A stretch of 63,939 nt of DNA, filler included, from 5 parts of 5 records of this genome joined end to end with filler, not necessarily neighbours in it, one strand, 5' to 3'. Counted from the whole stretch's first letter, positions 21,004 through 31,211 are shown. Made by a program: numbers and translations. Notes: generated from the sequence alone by a model not told the origin.

Positions 21004-21819
21004 ATGGATAAATTACCTAAAATTGGAATACCGATAATTATTGGTGTAGCCATACTTTTTATTATTCTTTCTAAATCTGCTGTGACTATAGACTCCGGTG
21101 AGGCTGGAGTACTTTATAAAACCTTTGGAGATGGTGTTGTTACAGACGAACCGCCTTTAGGAGAAGGCTTTCACCTTGTCGCTCCTTGGAACAAAGTATT
21201 TATTTACGAAGTGCGTACCCAAGAATTATTTGAAAAAATGAACGTACTTTCTTCAAATGGTCTTGATATTAAATTAGATGCTTCAGCTTGGTACAAACCT
21301 GATGCTGCCAATTTAGGTAGACTACATCAACAAATTGGGGAGAATTACGTAGATCGTATTTTGCTACCTACCATTCGCTCTGCTGCTCGTTCTGTAGTAG
21401 GACGTTATACACCAGAACAATTATATTCTTCAAAAAGAGATGCTATTCAGGCAGAAATTTATGAAGAAACCAAAAAAATTATTGGTGATCAAAATATTAT
21501 TTTGGACGAGATCTTAGTGCGTGATGTAACCTTACCACCTACTATTAAAGAAGCGATTGAACGCAAATTGCGTCAAGAACAAGAATCTTTAGAATATGAA
21601 TTTAGACTGGTTTCTGCACAAAAAGAAGCCCAGCGCCAGATTATTGAAGCAAAAGGTAAATCTGATGCCAATAAAATTTTGGGAGAATCACTTACAGACA
21701 AATTACTTCGTGATAAAGGTATCGAGGCGACTTTAGAACTTTCAAAATCTCCCAATTCTAAAACCGTGATTATTGGTAGTGGCAGCGATGGCCTTCCGTT
21801 GATTCTTGGCGATAATTAA
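21004..21819 (+). CDS. SPFH/prohibitin family protein
   Basis: N-terminal TM, EGFHLVAPW, RSAARSVVG, coiled-coil AQKEA. Confidence 0.9.
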   Translation: MDKLPKIGIPIIIGVAILFIILSKSAVTIDSGEAGVLYKTFGDGVVTDEPPLGEGFHLVAPWNKVFIYEVRTQELFEKMNVLSSNGLDIKLDASAWYKPDAANLGRLHQQIGENYVDRILLPTIRSAARSVVGRYTPEQLYSSKRDAIQAEIYEETKKIIGDQNIILDEILVRDVTLPPTIKEAIERKLRQEQESLEYEFRLVSAQKEAQRQIIEAKGKSDANKILGESLTDKLLRDKGIEATLELSKSPNSKTVIIGSGSDGLPLILGDN

Positions 21820-21910
21820 TGTTATTTCTCAATACAGGAACGGGTTTTTTGTAGCGAAAACAAAAATATCCTTTTCAGATATTAGAGAAAAGGTTAATTT
21901 TACGGCTGTA

Positions 21911-21967
21911 ATGAAAAGAAACATACACATACATCATCATTTTCACCCTACCGTTCAGGCGAGGTAA
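21911..21967 (+). CDS. his operon leader peptide
   Basis: MKRNIHIHHHFHPTVQAR* with 5 His codons, upstream of a terminator and hisG. Confidence 0.85.
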   Translation: MKRNIHIHHHFHPTVQAR

Positions 21968-21996
21968 AGTGTTATGTAGATAATTTAACTATAAAC

Positions 21997-22034
21997 AAAA
22001 CCCGTTTGAAACCATTCAAACGGGTTTTCTCTTT
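21997..22034 (+). terminator. his attenuator terminator
   Basis: AAAACCCGTTTGAA-ACCA-TTCAAACGGGTTTT followed by a T-rich tract; TTCAGGCG (21954-21961) can pair with the 5' arm as an antiterminator. Confidence 0.85.
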
Positions 22035-22066
22035 GTAGGAATGGTTCAAGCACAATTTAAAAGATA

Positions 22067-22927
22067 ATGACTAAAAAAATAAGAATCGCAATTCAAAAAG
22101 CCGGACGGCTTAATGAAGATTCATTGGGTATTCTAAAAGATGCCGGGATTTCTATCGACAATGGGAAAGACCAACTTAAAGCCAGCGCTCGTAATTTTCC
22201 GATGGAAGTTTTTTACCTACGCAACGGTGATATTCCGCAGTATTTGCGAGATGGCGTGATTGACATCGCTATTGTGGGCGAAAATTTGCTTATCGAAAAA
22301 GGAGAAGATATTGCTATTGCTCAGAAACTTGGTTTTTCAAAATGTAAGGTGTCTTTGGCTATTCCTAAAGGAAAAACTTATTCTGCTGTAACCGATTTTG
22401 AAGGTAAGAAAATTGCGACTTCCTATCCCAATACAGTTAAAAGATATTTAGAAGAAAAAGGAGTTACGGCAGACTTGCATATTATTTCCGGATCTGTAGA
22501 AATTGCGCCTAGTATTGGTCTTGCCGATGCCATTTGCGACATTGTTTCCAGCGGAAGCACGTTGTTTAAAAACAACCTGAAAGAGGTCGAAGTGATGCTG
22601 ACTTCAGAAGCTGTTTTGGCAGTTTCTCCAGCTATTGACCAAGAAAGAAAGGCAATTTTAGATAAATTGTTATTTAGATTTAAAGCCGTTTTAAAAGGAC
22701 GCGAATTCAAATATGTGTTGCTTAACGCACCTAATCACAATATTGATAAAATTATCTCCATTCTTCCGGGAATGAAAAGCCCTACGGTTTTACCACTCGC
22801 AGAAGAAGGTTGGAGTAGTGTACATTCTGTAGTAGATAAGAACCGGTTTTGGGATGTAATCGACGAGCTTAAAGAAGCGGGAGCCGAAGGTATTTTGGTT
22901 TGTCCAATAGAAAAAATGGTATTATAA
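22067..22927 (+). CDS. hisG: ATP phosphoribosyltransferase (long form)
   Basis: IAIQKAGRL, IATSYP, GSVEIAP, DIVSSGSTL. Confidence 0.97.
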   Translation: MTKKIRIAIQKAGRLNEDSLGILKDAGISIDNGKDQLKASARNFPMEVFYLRNGDIPQYLRDGVIDIAIVGENLLIEKGEDIAIAQKLGFSKCKVSLAIPKGKTYSAVTDFEGKKIATSYPNTVKRYLEEKGVTADLHIISGSVEIAPSIGLADAICDIVSSGSTLFKNNLKEVEVMLTSEAVLAVSPAIDQERKAILDKLLFRFKAVLKGREFKYVLLNAPNHNIDKIISILPGMKSPTVLPLAEEGWSSVHSVVDKNRFWDVIDELKEAGAEGILVCPIEKMVL

Positions 22928-22955
22928 TTTCGCTTAAAGCGAAAAGAAATACGTT

Positions 22956-24248
22956 ATGATAAAAGTTGAATATCCATCACAAGATACGTGGCAGGACCTT
23001 TTAAAAAGGCCCACGCAAACCGTGGCTGCTATTGAGGGAATTGTGCTTGATGTTTTTAAAGATATTGAAGCCGAAGGCGATCAAGCGCTATATAAATACA
23101 CCGAAAAGTTTGATAAGGTTAAGCTGAAGAACATAGTTGTTTCTCCAGAAGAAATTACACAAGCCGAAGCCACATTGACTCCTCAATTAAAGGAAGCCAT
23201 TGCGTTGGCAAAAAGCAATATCGAAGCTTTTCACAAAGCCCAGAAAACCGAAAAAGTGTTTTTAGAAACGCAACCCGGAGTGGAATGCTGGCAAGAAAAA
23301 CGACCAATTCAAAAAGTGGGTCTGTATATTCCGGGCGGTACGGCGCCTTTGTTTTCTACGATATTAATGCTGGCGGTTCCCGCAAAAATTGCTGGATGTA
23401 GGGAGATTGTATTATGTTCTCCGCCTAATACCGAAGGAAAAATCAATCCAGCTATTTTATATACAGCTCAATTATGTGGTGTGACTCAAATTTTTAAAGT
23501 GGGTGGCATTCAAGCCATAGGAGCAATGACTTTTGGTACCCCAACGGTTCCCAAAGTATATAAGATTTTTGGTCCGGGAAATCAATTTGTGACCGTTGCC
23601 AAACAAATGGCGACCAAGTATAATGTGAGCATCGATATGCCAGCAGGGCCTTCAGAATTGCTTGTGGTAGCAGATGATTCTGCCAATGCGGCTTTTGTGG
23701 CTTCAGATTTATTGAGTCAAGCAGAACACGGCGTAGATAGTCAGGTGATTCTGGTTTCCACTTCAAAGAATTTAATCACTGAAGTTGAACAAGAAATCGA
23801 ATTGCAGTTGAAGGTTTTACCTAGAAAAGCCATCGCCGAAAAAGCCATTGCAAACAGTAAGTTGATTTTGGTCAATACTGATGAAGAAGCCTTACAGCTT
23901 ATTGATGAATACGGCCCTGAGCATTTTATTGTGTGTTGTAAGAACGCCGATTTTTACGTAGATCATATTCAAAATGCAGGTTCGGTTTTTATAGGAAATT
24001 ATACACCAGAAAGTGCCGGGGATTATGCTTCGGGTACCAATCATACGTTGCCCACAAATGGCTACGCCAAGCAGTATAGCGGTGTCAATCTGGATAGTTT
24101 TATGAAGAGTATGACCTTTCAAAAAATTTCGCCGAAAGGCATAAAAAATATAGGTCCTGCTATTGAATTAATGGCTCAGGCCGAAGGATTGCAAGCGCAC
24201 AGTAATGCGGTTACCCTACGTTTAAACCAACTTAAGAAGCAGGAATGA
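22956..24248 (+). CDS. hisD: Histidinol dehydrogenase
   Basis: YIPGGTAPL, GPGNQFV, DMPAGPSE, SQAEH, GTNHTLPT. Confidence 0.97.
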   Translation: MIKVEYPSQDTWQDLLKRPTQTVAAIEGIVLDVFKDIEAEGDQALYKYTEKFDKVKLKNIVVSPEEITQAEATLTPQLKEAIALAKSNIEAFHKAQKTEKVFLETQPGVECWQEKRPIQKVGLYIPGGTAPLFSTILMLAVPAKIAGCREIVLCSPPNTEGKINPAILYTAQLCGVTQIFKVGGIQAIGAMTFGTPTVPKVYKIFGPGNQFVTVAKQMATKYNVSIDMPAGPSELLVVADDSANAAFVASDLLSQAEHGVDSQVILVSTSKNLITEVEQEIELQLKVLPRKAIAEKAIANSKLILVNTDEEALQLIDEYGPEHFIVCCKNADFYVDHIQNAGSVFIGNYTPESAGDYASGTNHTLPTNGYAKQYSGVNLDSFMKSMTFQKISPKGIKNIGPAIELMAQAEGLQAHSNAVTLRLNQLKKQE

Positions 24249-25342
24249 AGATGGAGAAGAAAAATATACTTTTCCCCTTTGGGGAGAGGATTGAGGAGAG
24301 GGGATTTGATATAAACAGATTAGTCCGGGAGAATGTAGCGCGTTTAAAACCGTATTCTTCAGCGCGCGATGAGTTTACTGATTTTGATAAGGATATGGTT
24401 TTTCTTGATGCTAATGAGAATCCGTTTGATAATGGCGTAAATCGGTATCCAGATCCACACCAAGTGACCTTAAAACAGCATTTATCCTCTGTAAAACGAG
24501 TTCCAGTAGATCAGATTCTTTTTGGTAACGGAAGCGATGAAGTACTGGATTTAATCTATCGAGCTTTCTGCGAACCCAAGGTAGATAATGTAATCACGTT
24601 GCCGCCTACTTATGGAATGTATAAGGTTTTGGCAGAGACAAACAATATCGAAAATCGGGAAGTTTTATTGACAACAGATTTTCAACCTAAAGTTGACGAA
24701 ATCCTGACAACGGCAGATGGAAATAGCAAATTGCTATTTATTTGCTCGCCAAATAATCCTTCGGGAAATTTATTTGACCCCGATTTAATCGAGAAACTGG
24801 TTAAAAATTTCAACGGTTTAATAGTTATTGATGAAGCTTATATTGACTTTGCTCCGCAAGAAAGTTGGTCTACAAGATTACATGAATTTCCGAATTTGAT
24901 TGTTACCCAAACCTTATCCAAGGCCTATGGAATGGCGGGAATACGGTTGGGAATTTGTTACGCTTCCGCGGAAATTATAGGCATCTTAAACAAGATTAAG
25001 CCGCCCTATAATGTCAATGAGCTAACGCAAAAGAAAGCTTTAGCGCGTATTTTAAAAATAGAAAATGTCAATAACGAAATTAGCTTAATTCTAGCTGAAA
25101 GAGATCAATTATCTAAAGCTTTACTTCAAGTAGATTTTGTGAAAGAAATATTTCCTACCGACGCCAATTTTATTCTTACTAAGGTTGATAATGCCAATTT
25201 ACGGTATGACCAATTGATAGCAAAAGGGATTGTGGTGCGTAACAGAAGCACGCAACCGTTGTGTGAAAATACCCTGCGTTTTACAGTAGGAACCCAAGAA
25301 GAAAATAAGAAACTCATTCAAGCATTAAAAGAAATTTACTAA
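24245..25342 (+). CDS. hisC: Histidinol-phosphate aminotransferase
   Basis: LDANENP, NRYPDP, GNGSDE, DEAY, TLSKAYG. Confidence 0.96.
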   Translation: MKMEKKNILFPFGERIEERGFDINRLVRENVARLKPYSSARDEFTDFDKDMVFLDANENPFDNGVNRYPDPHQVTLKQHLSSVKRVPVDQILFGNGSDEVLDLIYRAFCEPKVDNVITLPPTYGMYKVLAETNNIENREVLLTTDFQPKVDEILTTADGNSKLLFICSPNNPSGNLFDPDLIEKLVKNFNGLIVIDEAYIDFAPQESWSTRLHEFPNLIVTQTLSKAYGMAGIRLGICYASAEIIGILNKIKPPYNVNELTQKKALARILKIENVNNEISLILAERDQLSKALLQVDFVKEIFPTDANFILTKVDNANLRYDQLIAKGIVVRNRSTQPLCENTLRFTVGTQEENKKLIQALKEIY

Positions 25343-26478
25343 TGGGAAAACCCGTTTTATTCATAGACCGAGATGGAACCATCATCAAAGAACCCGCAGA
25401 TTTTCAAGTGGATGCTTTTGATAAGGTTGAATTTTACCCCAAGTCATTTACCTATTTGGGCAAAATCGCTCAAGAGCTCGATTTTGAGTTGGTGATGATC
25501 ACCAATCAGGACGGTTTGGGAACGCCGGTTCATCCTGAAGAGAAATTCTGGCCCGTACATAATTTTGTTCTCAAGGCTTTCGAAAATGAAGGTGTAAAAT
25601 TTGATGCGATATATATAGACCGTACGTTTCCCAAAGACAATGCAGATACCAGAAAGCCCAAAACGGGGTTGCTTACTTCCTATTTTTCGGAAGCCTATGA
25701 TTTGGCAAACAGCTTTGTGATAGGAGACCGTTTGACCGATATAGAATTGGCCAAAAATTTGGGTGCTAAAGGTATTTTTATCAATGATGAAACCCATTTT
25801 GGGACGGATGAAATCACGGTTAAAAGAGGAGAATTAGATTCATTTATTGCTTTAGAAAGCAACGATTGGCAGAAGATTTATGAGTTTTTAAAACTTAAAG
25901 AACGCACTGCAGAAATTTCACGTAAGACCAATGAAACTGATATTCAGATTAAACTGAATCTCGACGGAACCGGAAAAAGTGATATCAACACGGGTCTAGC
26001 GTTTTTTGATCATATGCTGGATCAATTGGCACGTCACGGTGCTATGGATTTAACGATAAAAGTGAATGGTGATCTTGAAGTTGATGAGCATCATACCATT
26101 GAAGATACGGCAATTGCTTTGGGCGAAGTGTTTAGTAAGGCGTTAGGTAACAAATTGGGGATTGAGCGCTATGGTTTTTGCCTTCCTATGGATGATTGTT
26201 TAGCACAAGTGGCTATTGATTTTGGTGGCAGAAATTGGCTGGTTTGGGAAGCCGAATTTAAACGTGAGAAAGTAGGAGATATGCCTACAGAAATGTTTTA
26301 CCATTTCTTCAAATCCTTTACTGATGGAGCCAAGGCAAACTTAAATGTCAAAGCAGAAGGAACAAATGAACACCACAAGATAGAAGCTATTTTTAAGGCT
26401 TTTGCGAAAGCAATAAAAGTGGCGGTAAAACGCGATGCAGACAAAATGATTTTACCAAGTACCAAAGGGGTTCTTTAG
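25342..26478 (+). CDS. hisB: Bifunctional histidinol-phosphatase/imidazoleglycerol-phosphate dehydratase
   Basis: DRDGT HAD motif; FFDHML, HHTIED, NEHHKIE. Confidence 0.97.
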   Translation: MGKPVLFIDRDGTIIKEPADFQVDAFDKVEFYPKSFTYLGKIAQELDFELVMITNQDGLGTPVHPEEKFWPVHNFVLKAFENEGVKFDAIYIDRTFPKDNADTRKPKTGLLTSYFSEAYDLANSFVIGDRLTDIELAKNLGAKGIFINDETHFGTDEITVKRGELDSFIALESNDWQKIYEFLKLKERTAEISRKTNETDIQIKLNLDGTGKSDINTGLAFFDHMLDQLARHGAMDLTIKVNGDLEVDEHHTIEDTAIALGEVFSKALGNKLGIERYGFCLPMDDCLAQVAIDFGGRNWLVWEAEFKREKVGDMPTEMFYHFFKSFTDGAKANLNVKAEGTNEHHKIEAIFKAFAKAIKVAVKRDADKMILPSTKGVL

Positions 26479-26521
26479 AAATGAGAAGTTAGAAGGAAGA
26501 TATACGAGGTTAAAAACTGAA

Positions 26522-27109
26522 ATGAAACTAGTTATTATAAATTATGGTGCGGGAAATATTCAAAGTTTGAAATTTGCTTTCAAACGCTTGGGTATTGATG
26601 CGGTTCTATCTGATGATGCAGCAGAAATTAAAAGTGCAGATAAGGTGATTTTTCCCGGTGTGGGTGAGGCGAGCAGTGCGATGGAAAAATTGAAGTCCAC
26701 TGGATTAGACCAGCTTATTCCTCTACTAAAACAGCCTGTGTTGGGAATATGTCTAGGAATGCAGTTGATGTGTAATCATACCACAGAAGGCGACACTACT
26801 GGACTCGGAATTTTTAATGTAGATGTGGTGAAATTTTCCAAGAAGGTTAAGGTTCCGCAGATAGGATGGAATGAAATCACGGGGTTAAAAAGTGAATTAT
26901 TCCACGGTATTCCAGAGGCTTCTTATATGTACTTGGTACATAGTTTTTATGCCACACATTGCGCTGAAACCATAGCCACGACAAACTATGAAGTTGATTA
27001 TGCTTCGGCATTGCAAAAAAATAATTTTTACGGCGTGCAATTTCATCCCGAGAAAAGTGCTAAAGCCGGCGAGCAGATTTTGGAGAATTTTTTGAAGTTA
27101 AAGGGGTGA
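26522..27109 (+). CDS. hisH: Imidazole glycerol phosphate synthase, glutaminase subunit
   Basis: PGVG, GICLGMQ, QFHPEKS. Confidence 0.97.
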   Translation: MKLVIINYGAGNIQSLKFAFKRLGIDAVLSDDAAEIKSADKVIFPGVGEASSAMEKLKSTGLDQLIPLLKQPVLGICLGMQLMCNHTTEGDTTGLGIFNVDVVKFSKKVKVPQIGWNEITGLKSELFHGIPEASYMYLVHSFYATHCAETIATTNYEVDYASALQKNNFYGVQFHPEKSAKAGEQILENFLKLKG

Positions 27110-27155
27110 GAAGTTTGAAGTGGGAAGTAAGAAGTGGGAAGTTTGAAGTAAGAAG
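27110..27155 (+). repeat. Heptamer tandem repeat (GAAGTNN)x6
   Basis: GAAGTTT GAAGTGG GAAGTAA GAAGTGG GAAGTTT GAAGTAA GAAG. Confidence 0.9.
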
Positions 27156-27180
27156 AGATAATTTGTATTGAGATTTTTAA

Positions 27181-27534
27181 ATGAGGGATTTAAAGGAAAG
27201 AACTAAAACTTTTGCAATTAATTGCCGGAAATTGTGTACCAAGCTTCCCAAATCTAGGGAGTACAATGCACTTGCCAATCAGTTGATTAGATGTTCTGGT
27301 TCTGTGGGAGCAAATTATAGAGCTTCCCAACGTGCTAAATTCACTACTGATTTTATTTATAAATTAAAAATTGTTGAAGAAGAAACAGATGAAAGTATGT
27401 TTTGGTTGGAAATGCTTTCTGAAATTTGGAATGCAGAAGAAACTGAATTAAAGAGGCTACAAACCGAAGCCAATGAATTGCTGGCGATTACCGTTTCATC
27501 AATCCTAACAGCTAAATCTCGAATTAAAAAATAG
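27181..27534 (+). CDS. Four-helix-bundle protein (23S rRNA IVP/Avd-like family)
   Basis: LKERT..FA, LP, QLIR...SVGANYRA, F..KL.I..EE.DE..FWLE. Confidence 0.9.
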   Translation: MRDLKERTKTFAINCRKLCTKLPKSREYNALANQLIRCSGSVGANYRASQRAKFTTDFIYKLKIVEEETDESMFWLEMLSEIWNAEETELKRLQTEANELLAITVSSILTAKSRIKK

Positions 27535-27552
27535 TAATATGTTTAAACAGAA

Positions 27553-27582
27553 TTCGTACTTCAACCTTCTATATTCTCACTT
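27553..27582 (-). repeat. Inverted heptamer-periodic tract (TTCNNNN)x4
   Basis: TTCGTAC TTCAACC TTCTATA TTCTCAC, complementary in phase to the upstream GAA heptamers. Confidence 0.65.
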
Positions 27583-27585
27583 ATC

Positions 27586-28377
27586 ATGCGAATAATACCT
27601 GCAATAGATATCATAGACGGAAAATGCGTAAGGCTATCCAAGGGCGATTACAGCACCAAAAAGGTGTATAATGAAAACCCGCTGGAAGTGGCGAAGGAGT
27701 TTGAAGCGCACGGCATTCAGTACTTGCATTTGGTTGATCTTGATGGGGCAAAAAGCAAGCACATTGTCAACCATAAAATTTTGGAGCTGATTACTTCACA
27801 AACAGGATTAAAAGTTGATTTTGGCGGCGGATTAAAGACCGACGATGATTTGCGCATTGCTTTTGAATGTGGTGCTAATCAAATCACTGGAGGAAGCATT
27901 GCTGTTAAAGATCCGAGTATATTTAAGGATTGGTTGCAAAAATTTGGCAGTGATAAAATCATTTTGGGGGCAGATGCCCTTGATGAAAAGATCGCTGTTT
28001 CGGGTTGGATGGAAGAATCTAAGGAAGACTTGATTCCATTTATTCAAAAATATCAACAAGAAGGTGTTGAATATGTGATTTGTACCGATATTAGTAAAGA
28101 TGGCATGCTGGAAGGTCCCGCTTTTGAGTTGTACAAAAAGATATTGGAACAGACAAAAATGTCAGTTCGAGCGGAGTCGAGAACTGCTAAAGCAGACCCA
28201 TCTACTGCGCTCCGAGAGACAAAAACCATAAAACTAATCGCTTCTGGAGGAATATCGCATTTTGATGAACTACCCAAACTTGCAGAAATTGGCTGTGAGG
28301 GAACGATTATAGGAAAGGCGATCTATGAGGGACGTATCAAAATGAAACAATTAGAGGATTTTATACTTCAGCAGTAA
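27586..28377 (+). CDS. hisA: HisA isomerase with a ~20-aa internal insertion
   Basis: [35 protein letters not shown]. Confidence 0.96.
   Translation: MRIIPAIDIIDGKCVRLSKGDYSTKKVYNENPLEVAKEFEAHGIQYLHLVDLDGAKSKHIVNHKILELITSQTGLKVDFGGGLKTDDDLRIAFECGANQITGGSIAVKDPSIFKDWLQKFGSDKIILGADALDEKIAVSGWMEESKEDLIPFIQKYQQEGVEYVICTDISKDGMLEGPAFELYKKILEQTKMSVRAESRTAKADPSTALRETKTIKLIASGGISHFDELPKLAEIGCEGTIIGKAIYEGRIKMKQLEDFILQQ
28160..28221. repeat. Degenerate REP-like palindrome inserted in frame in hisA
   Basis: TGTCAGTTCGAGCGGAGTCGA...TCTACTGCGCTCCGAGAGACA; arms match at 15 of 21 positions. Confidence 0.7.
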
Positions 28378-28886
28378 TGGAAAATACGGTGATTTCGGTT
28401 TTAAAAAATAGCGCGTGCTACAGAATGGATGAAAGCACACGTATGATTAAGATTGCGTTGTCAAAAATAGAAGAGGAGCAGATTTGGGTGCGACCAAATG
28501 GAATATCAAATAGCATAGGTAATCTTATCTTGCATTTATGCGGAAATATTGAGCAGTATGCGATTTCCTCCTTGGGAAATCTACCTGATGTGAGAGCTCG
28601 AGATGTGGAGTTTGAAACACAAGCTGGTTTTACTAAAATAGAACTCCTAAAAACGCTTGAAGAAACGGTTGATAAAGCCAAGAAAACTATTCAGGAACTA
28701 TCAGAAAATGAGTTGCTCAGACAACGAGAAGTACAAGGTTTTGATTACACAGGAATCGATATTATTATGCACGTAGTTGAGCATTTTTCCTACCATACGG
28801 GGCAAATCGCATTTTGGGTTAAACAACTTACCGAGCGGGATTTAGGTTTTTTTGACGGAATAAATTTGAATATTAAAAATAAGTAA
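28377..28886 (+). CDS. DinB/DUF1572 family protein
   Basis: NSIGNLILHLCGN, R.RD.EF, HVVEHFSYHTGQI. Confidence 0.85.
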   Translation: MENTVISVLKNSACYRMDESTRMIKIALSKIEEEQIWVRPNGISNSIGNLILHLCGNIEQYAISSLGNLPDVRARDVEFETQAGFTKIELLKTLEETVDKAKKTIQELSENELLRQREVQGFDYTGIDIIMHVVEHFSYHTGQIAFWVKQLTERDLGFFDGINLNIKNK

Positions 28887-28941
28887 AGTTTCACCTGATG
28901 TGGGTGTAGTAACGAGAGGTCACATCCAGCGTAAGCTGAGT

Positions 28942-29041
28942 NNNNNNNNNNNNNNNNNNNNNNNNNNNNNNNNNNNNNNNNNNNNTTAATTAATTAANNN
29001 NNNNNNNNNNNNNNNNNNNNNNNNNNNNNNNNNNNNNNNNN
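28942..29041. other. Artificial contig linker
   Basis: N44-TTAATTAATTAA-N44 (stops in all six frames). Confidence 0.99.
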
Positions 29042-29330
29042 TGTGACCCTGAAATAAATTCAGGGTGACGCATATTTGCTAGAGTTGTTACTTCAAACAG
29101 ACTCGGTTATTTATCAATTAGAAGGATTCCCCTAATTGAATAATTTCGGAGTTTTTCTATTTATAATTTCAACAATTTTTTCATGGTTTTATGTCATGCT
29201 GAACTTTTTTCGATAGCTGTTGGAACAGCATCTTTTAATTATTATTTTTTTAGTCATGCTGAACTTTTTTCAGCATCGCATTAGTTTTTCCGACAATCTG
29301 GTGTGACCCTGAAACAAGTTCAGGGTGACG
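29042..29330. repeat. Cluster of REP-like palindromes
   Basis: TGTGACCCTGAAA.AA.TTCAGGGTGACG at 29042-29070 and 29302-29330; GTCATGCTGAACTTTTTT...CAGCATC at 29193-29232 and 29253-29277. Confidence 0.85.
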
Positions 29331-29946
29331 TGAGCTTTCCCCTAAACTTATCAGCATACTCCTTAACCACCATTTTATCAAAATAAGGCTCTTCTTCAAT
29401 CCTGCCTAAAATGGGAACTCCGCTCATGTTAGCAATGACACTTTCGGTTGTTTTATGTTCTGCTCCACTAAAAAGAATACCAAAAATAGTCTTCCCAGTT
29501 TGCTTCAATTTATCAATGGTCAATAAGGTGTGGTTGATGCTTCCGAGGTAATGCCGACTGACTACAATGACTTTGTATTCAGGTTTAATAAGTTCTAAAA
29601 TGGTTTCAGAATCGCTGATGGGCACGAGCAAACCGCCGGCGCCTTCTACGACCAAAAAATTATCGGTTACCGGTGGCATGACTTTCGCGGAAGCGATAGT
29701 TACACCATCAATTGCCGCTGCCGCATGCGGACTCATAGGCGTTTGTAACTCAAAAGTTGTTGGGTGAAAAAAAGATTTTTTATTCGAAATCAACGCCTTG
29801 ACCTTATCGGTATCTGTCTGGTGCAAATCCCCGGCTTGAATGGGCTTCCAGTAATCGGCTTCCAACGCTTCGGTGACAATAGCCGAGGCTATTGTTTTTC
29901 CCACTTCGGTAGAAATTCCTGTTATGAAAAACGTATCTTTTTGCAT
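29320..29946 (-). CDS. bioD: Dethiobiotin synthase
   Basis: TGISTEVGKT, WKPIQAG, EGAGG, LGSINHT; ATG at 29946. Confidence 0.95.
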   Translation of the reverse strand: MQKDTFFITGISTEVGKTIASAIVTEALEADYWKPIQAGDLHQTDTDKVKALISNKKSFFHPTTFELQTPMSPHAAAAIDGVTIASAKVMPPVTDNFLVVEGAGGLLVPISDSETILELIKPEYKVIVVSRHYLGSINHTLLTIDKLKQTGKTIFGILFSGAEHKTTESVIANMSGVPILGRIEEEPYFDKMVVKEYADKFRGKLTSP

Positions 29947-29992
29947 ATCCAGCAAAGGTAAACCCGAGCTTTTAATTCTTTCCTGACAACCG

Positions 29993-31159
29993 TCATTTAT
30001 TTATTAATCCCTGAAGAAGCTTCAAAACGTGACTGATTTCGGCTTTAGTATTAAAACTATGCAGGCAAAAACGCAAGCGCTCCTGACCGTCGGGCACCGT
30101 GGGCGATAAAATGGGCTTCACATCAAAACCTGCTTCTTTTAGCTTACGCGAATTGTTTTTTACGTGTGAATTACCCGGAATCACAGCAGATTGTATGGCC
30201 GAATCACTAGATATAAAATAGGATGCCAAGTTCTTTTTTTCGGCTTCGGTTTTAAAAAAATTAATATTTTGGAATAATAAGGTCGTTGGTGATTCAGCAG
30301 TTTTCTTTGGGTTCAAAAGTGTTTCGTGTGCAGCCAGTATTGTGGCAATCGCATGTGGCGGAAGCGCCGTAGTGTAAATCAAACTACGGGCAAAATTAAC
30401 GAGATACGATTTTAAATCAGCACTGCCCAAAACCGCCGCTCCATGACAACCCAGCGCCTTTCCGAAAGTAATAATACGCGCAAAAACCTGGTTTTCTAAT
30501 TGCAGTTCTGGAATTAATCCCAGGGCATCGCTGCCCAGAATACCCAGTGCATGCGCTTCATCTACAACTAAATGACATTGATTTGCCGCACATAAATTTG
30601 CCAATGCTTTAAGTTCAGGGCTATCACCATCCATCGAAAAAACAGATTCGGTTACCACATAAATTTCACCTTTGGTGAGTAAGCCGGCTGTTTCCCGAAG
30701 GGATAATTTTCGCTTTAAATCTAACAAATCATTATGCCTAAACTTATATGCTTTGGCATTGCTTAATTGAATGCCATCCCGAATGCTGGCGTGCGCAAAC
30801 TCATCGTATAAAATGTAATCCCCACGTTGTGGAACGCTCGCAAAAAAACCCACATTGGCATCATAACCCGAATTGAAAATGAGCGCGTTTTCTGCATGAT
30901 GTGCTTCGGCTACATATATTTCTGCTTGTTTATATAAAGGATGATTACCCGATAAAAGTCGGGAACCGGTTGCTCCATTTTTACTAAAACCGGCTGTTTT
31001 TAAAATTCCATGAGCCCGATCATAGATGTGTTTATTTCGCGAAAAACCCAAATAATCGTTTGAAGAGAAATCGATCAATTCGGTAGTTTCAGGAAGCGTG
31101 CGCAGGGCATCACTTTCTATGCGTGCAGTTAGTTTAGCTTTTAAATTAGATGGTAACAT
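29993..31159 (-). CDS. bioF: 8-amino-7-oxononanoate synthase
   Basis: FSSNDYLG, GSRLLSG, HASIRDG, SMDGD, DEAH, TFGKA; adjacent to bioD. Confidence 0.92.
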   Translation of the reverse strand: MLPSNLKAKLTARIESDALRTLPETTELIDFSSNDYLGFSRNKHIYDRAHGILKTAGFSKNGATGSRLLSGNHPLYKQAEIYVAEAHHAENALIFNSGYDANVGFFASVPQRGDYILYDEFAHASIRDGIQLSNAKAYKFRHNDLLDLKRKLSLRETAGLLTKGEIYVVTESVFSMDGDSPELKALANLCAANQCHLVVDEAHALGILGSDALGLIPELQLENQVFARIITFGKALGCHGAAVLGSADLKSYLVNFARSLIYTTALPPHAIATILAAHETLLNPKKTAESPTTLLFQNINFFKTEAEKKNLASYFISSDSAIQSAVIPGNSHVKNNSRKLKEAGFDVKPILSPTVPDGQERLRFCLHSFNTKAEISHVLKLLQGLINK

Positions 31160-31211
31160 TTGGCAAAGATAGGATGTAGTATTTTCCTTTTATTAAAAAA
31201 ATAAAAATAAA

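Noticed and set aside
27181-27534. Diversity-generating retroelement implied by the Avd-like gene
   Set aside because: No reverse transcriptase or TR/VR pair is visible on the contig
28986-28997. TTAATTAATTAA repeated four times in the window
   Set aside because: Synthetic six-frame stop linker inside N runs, not biological
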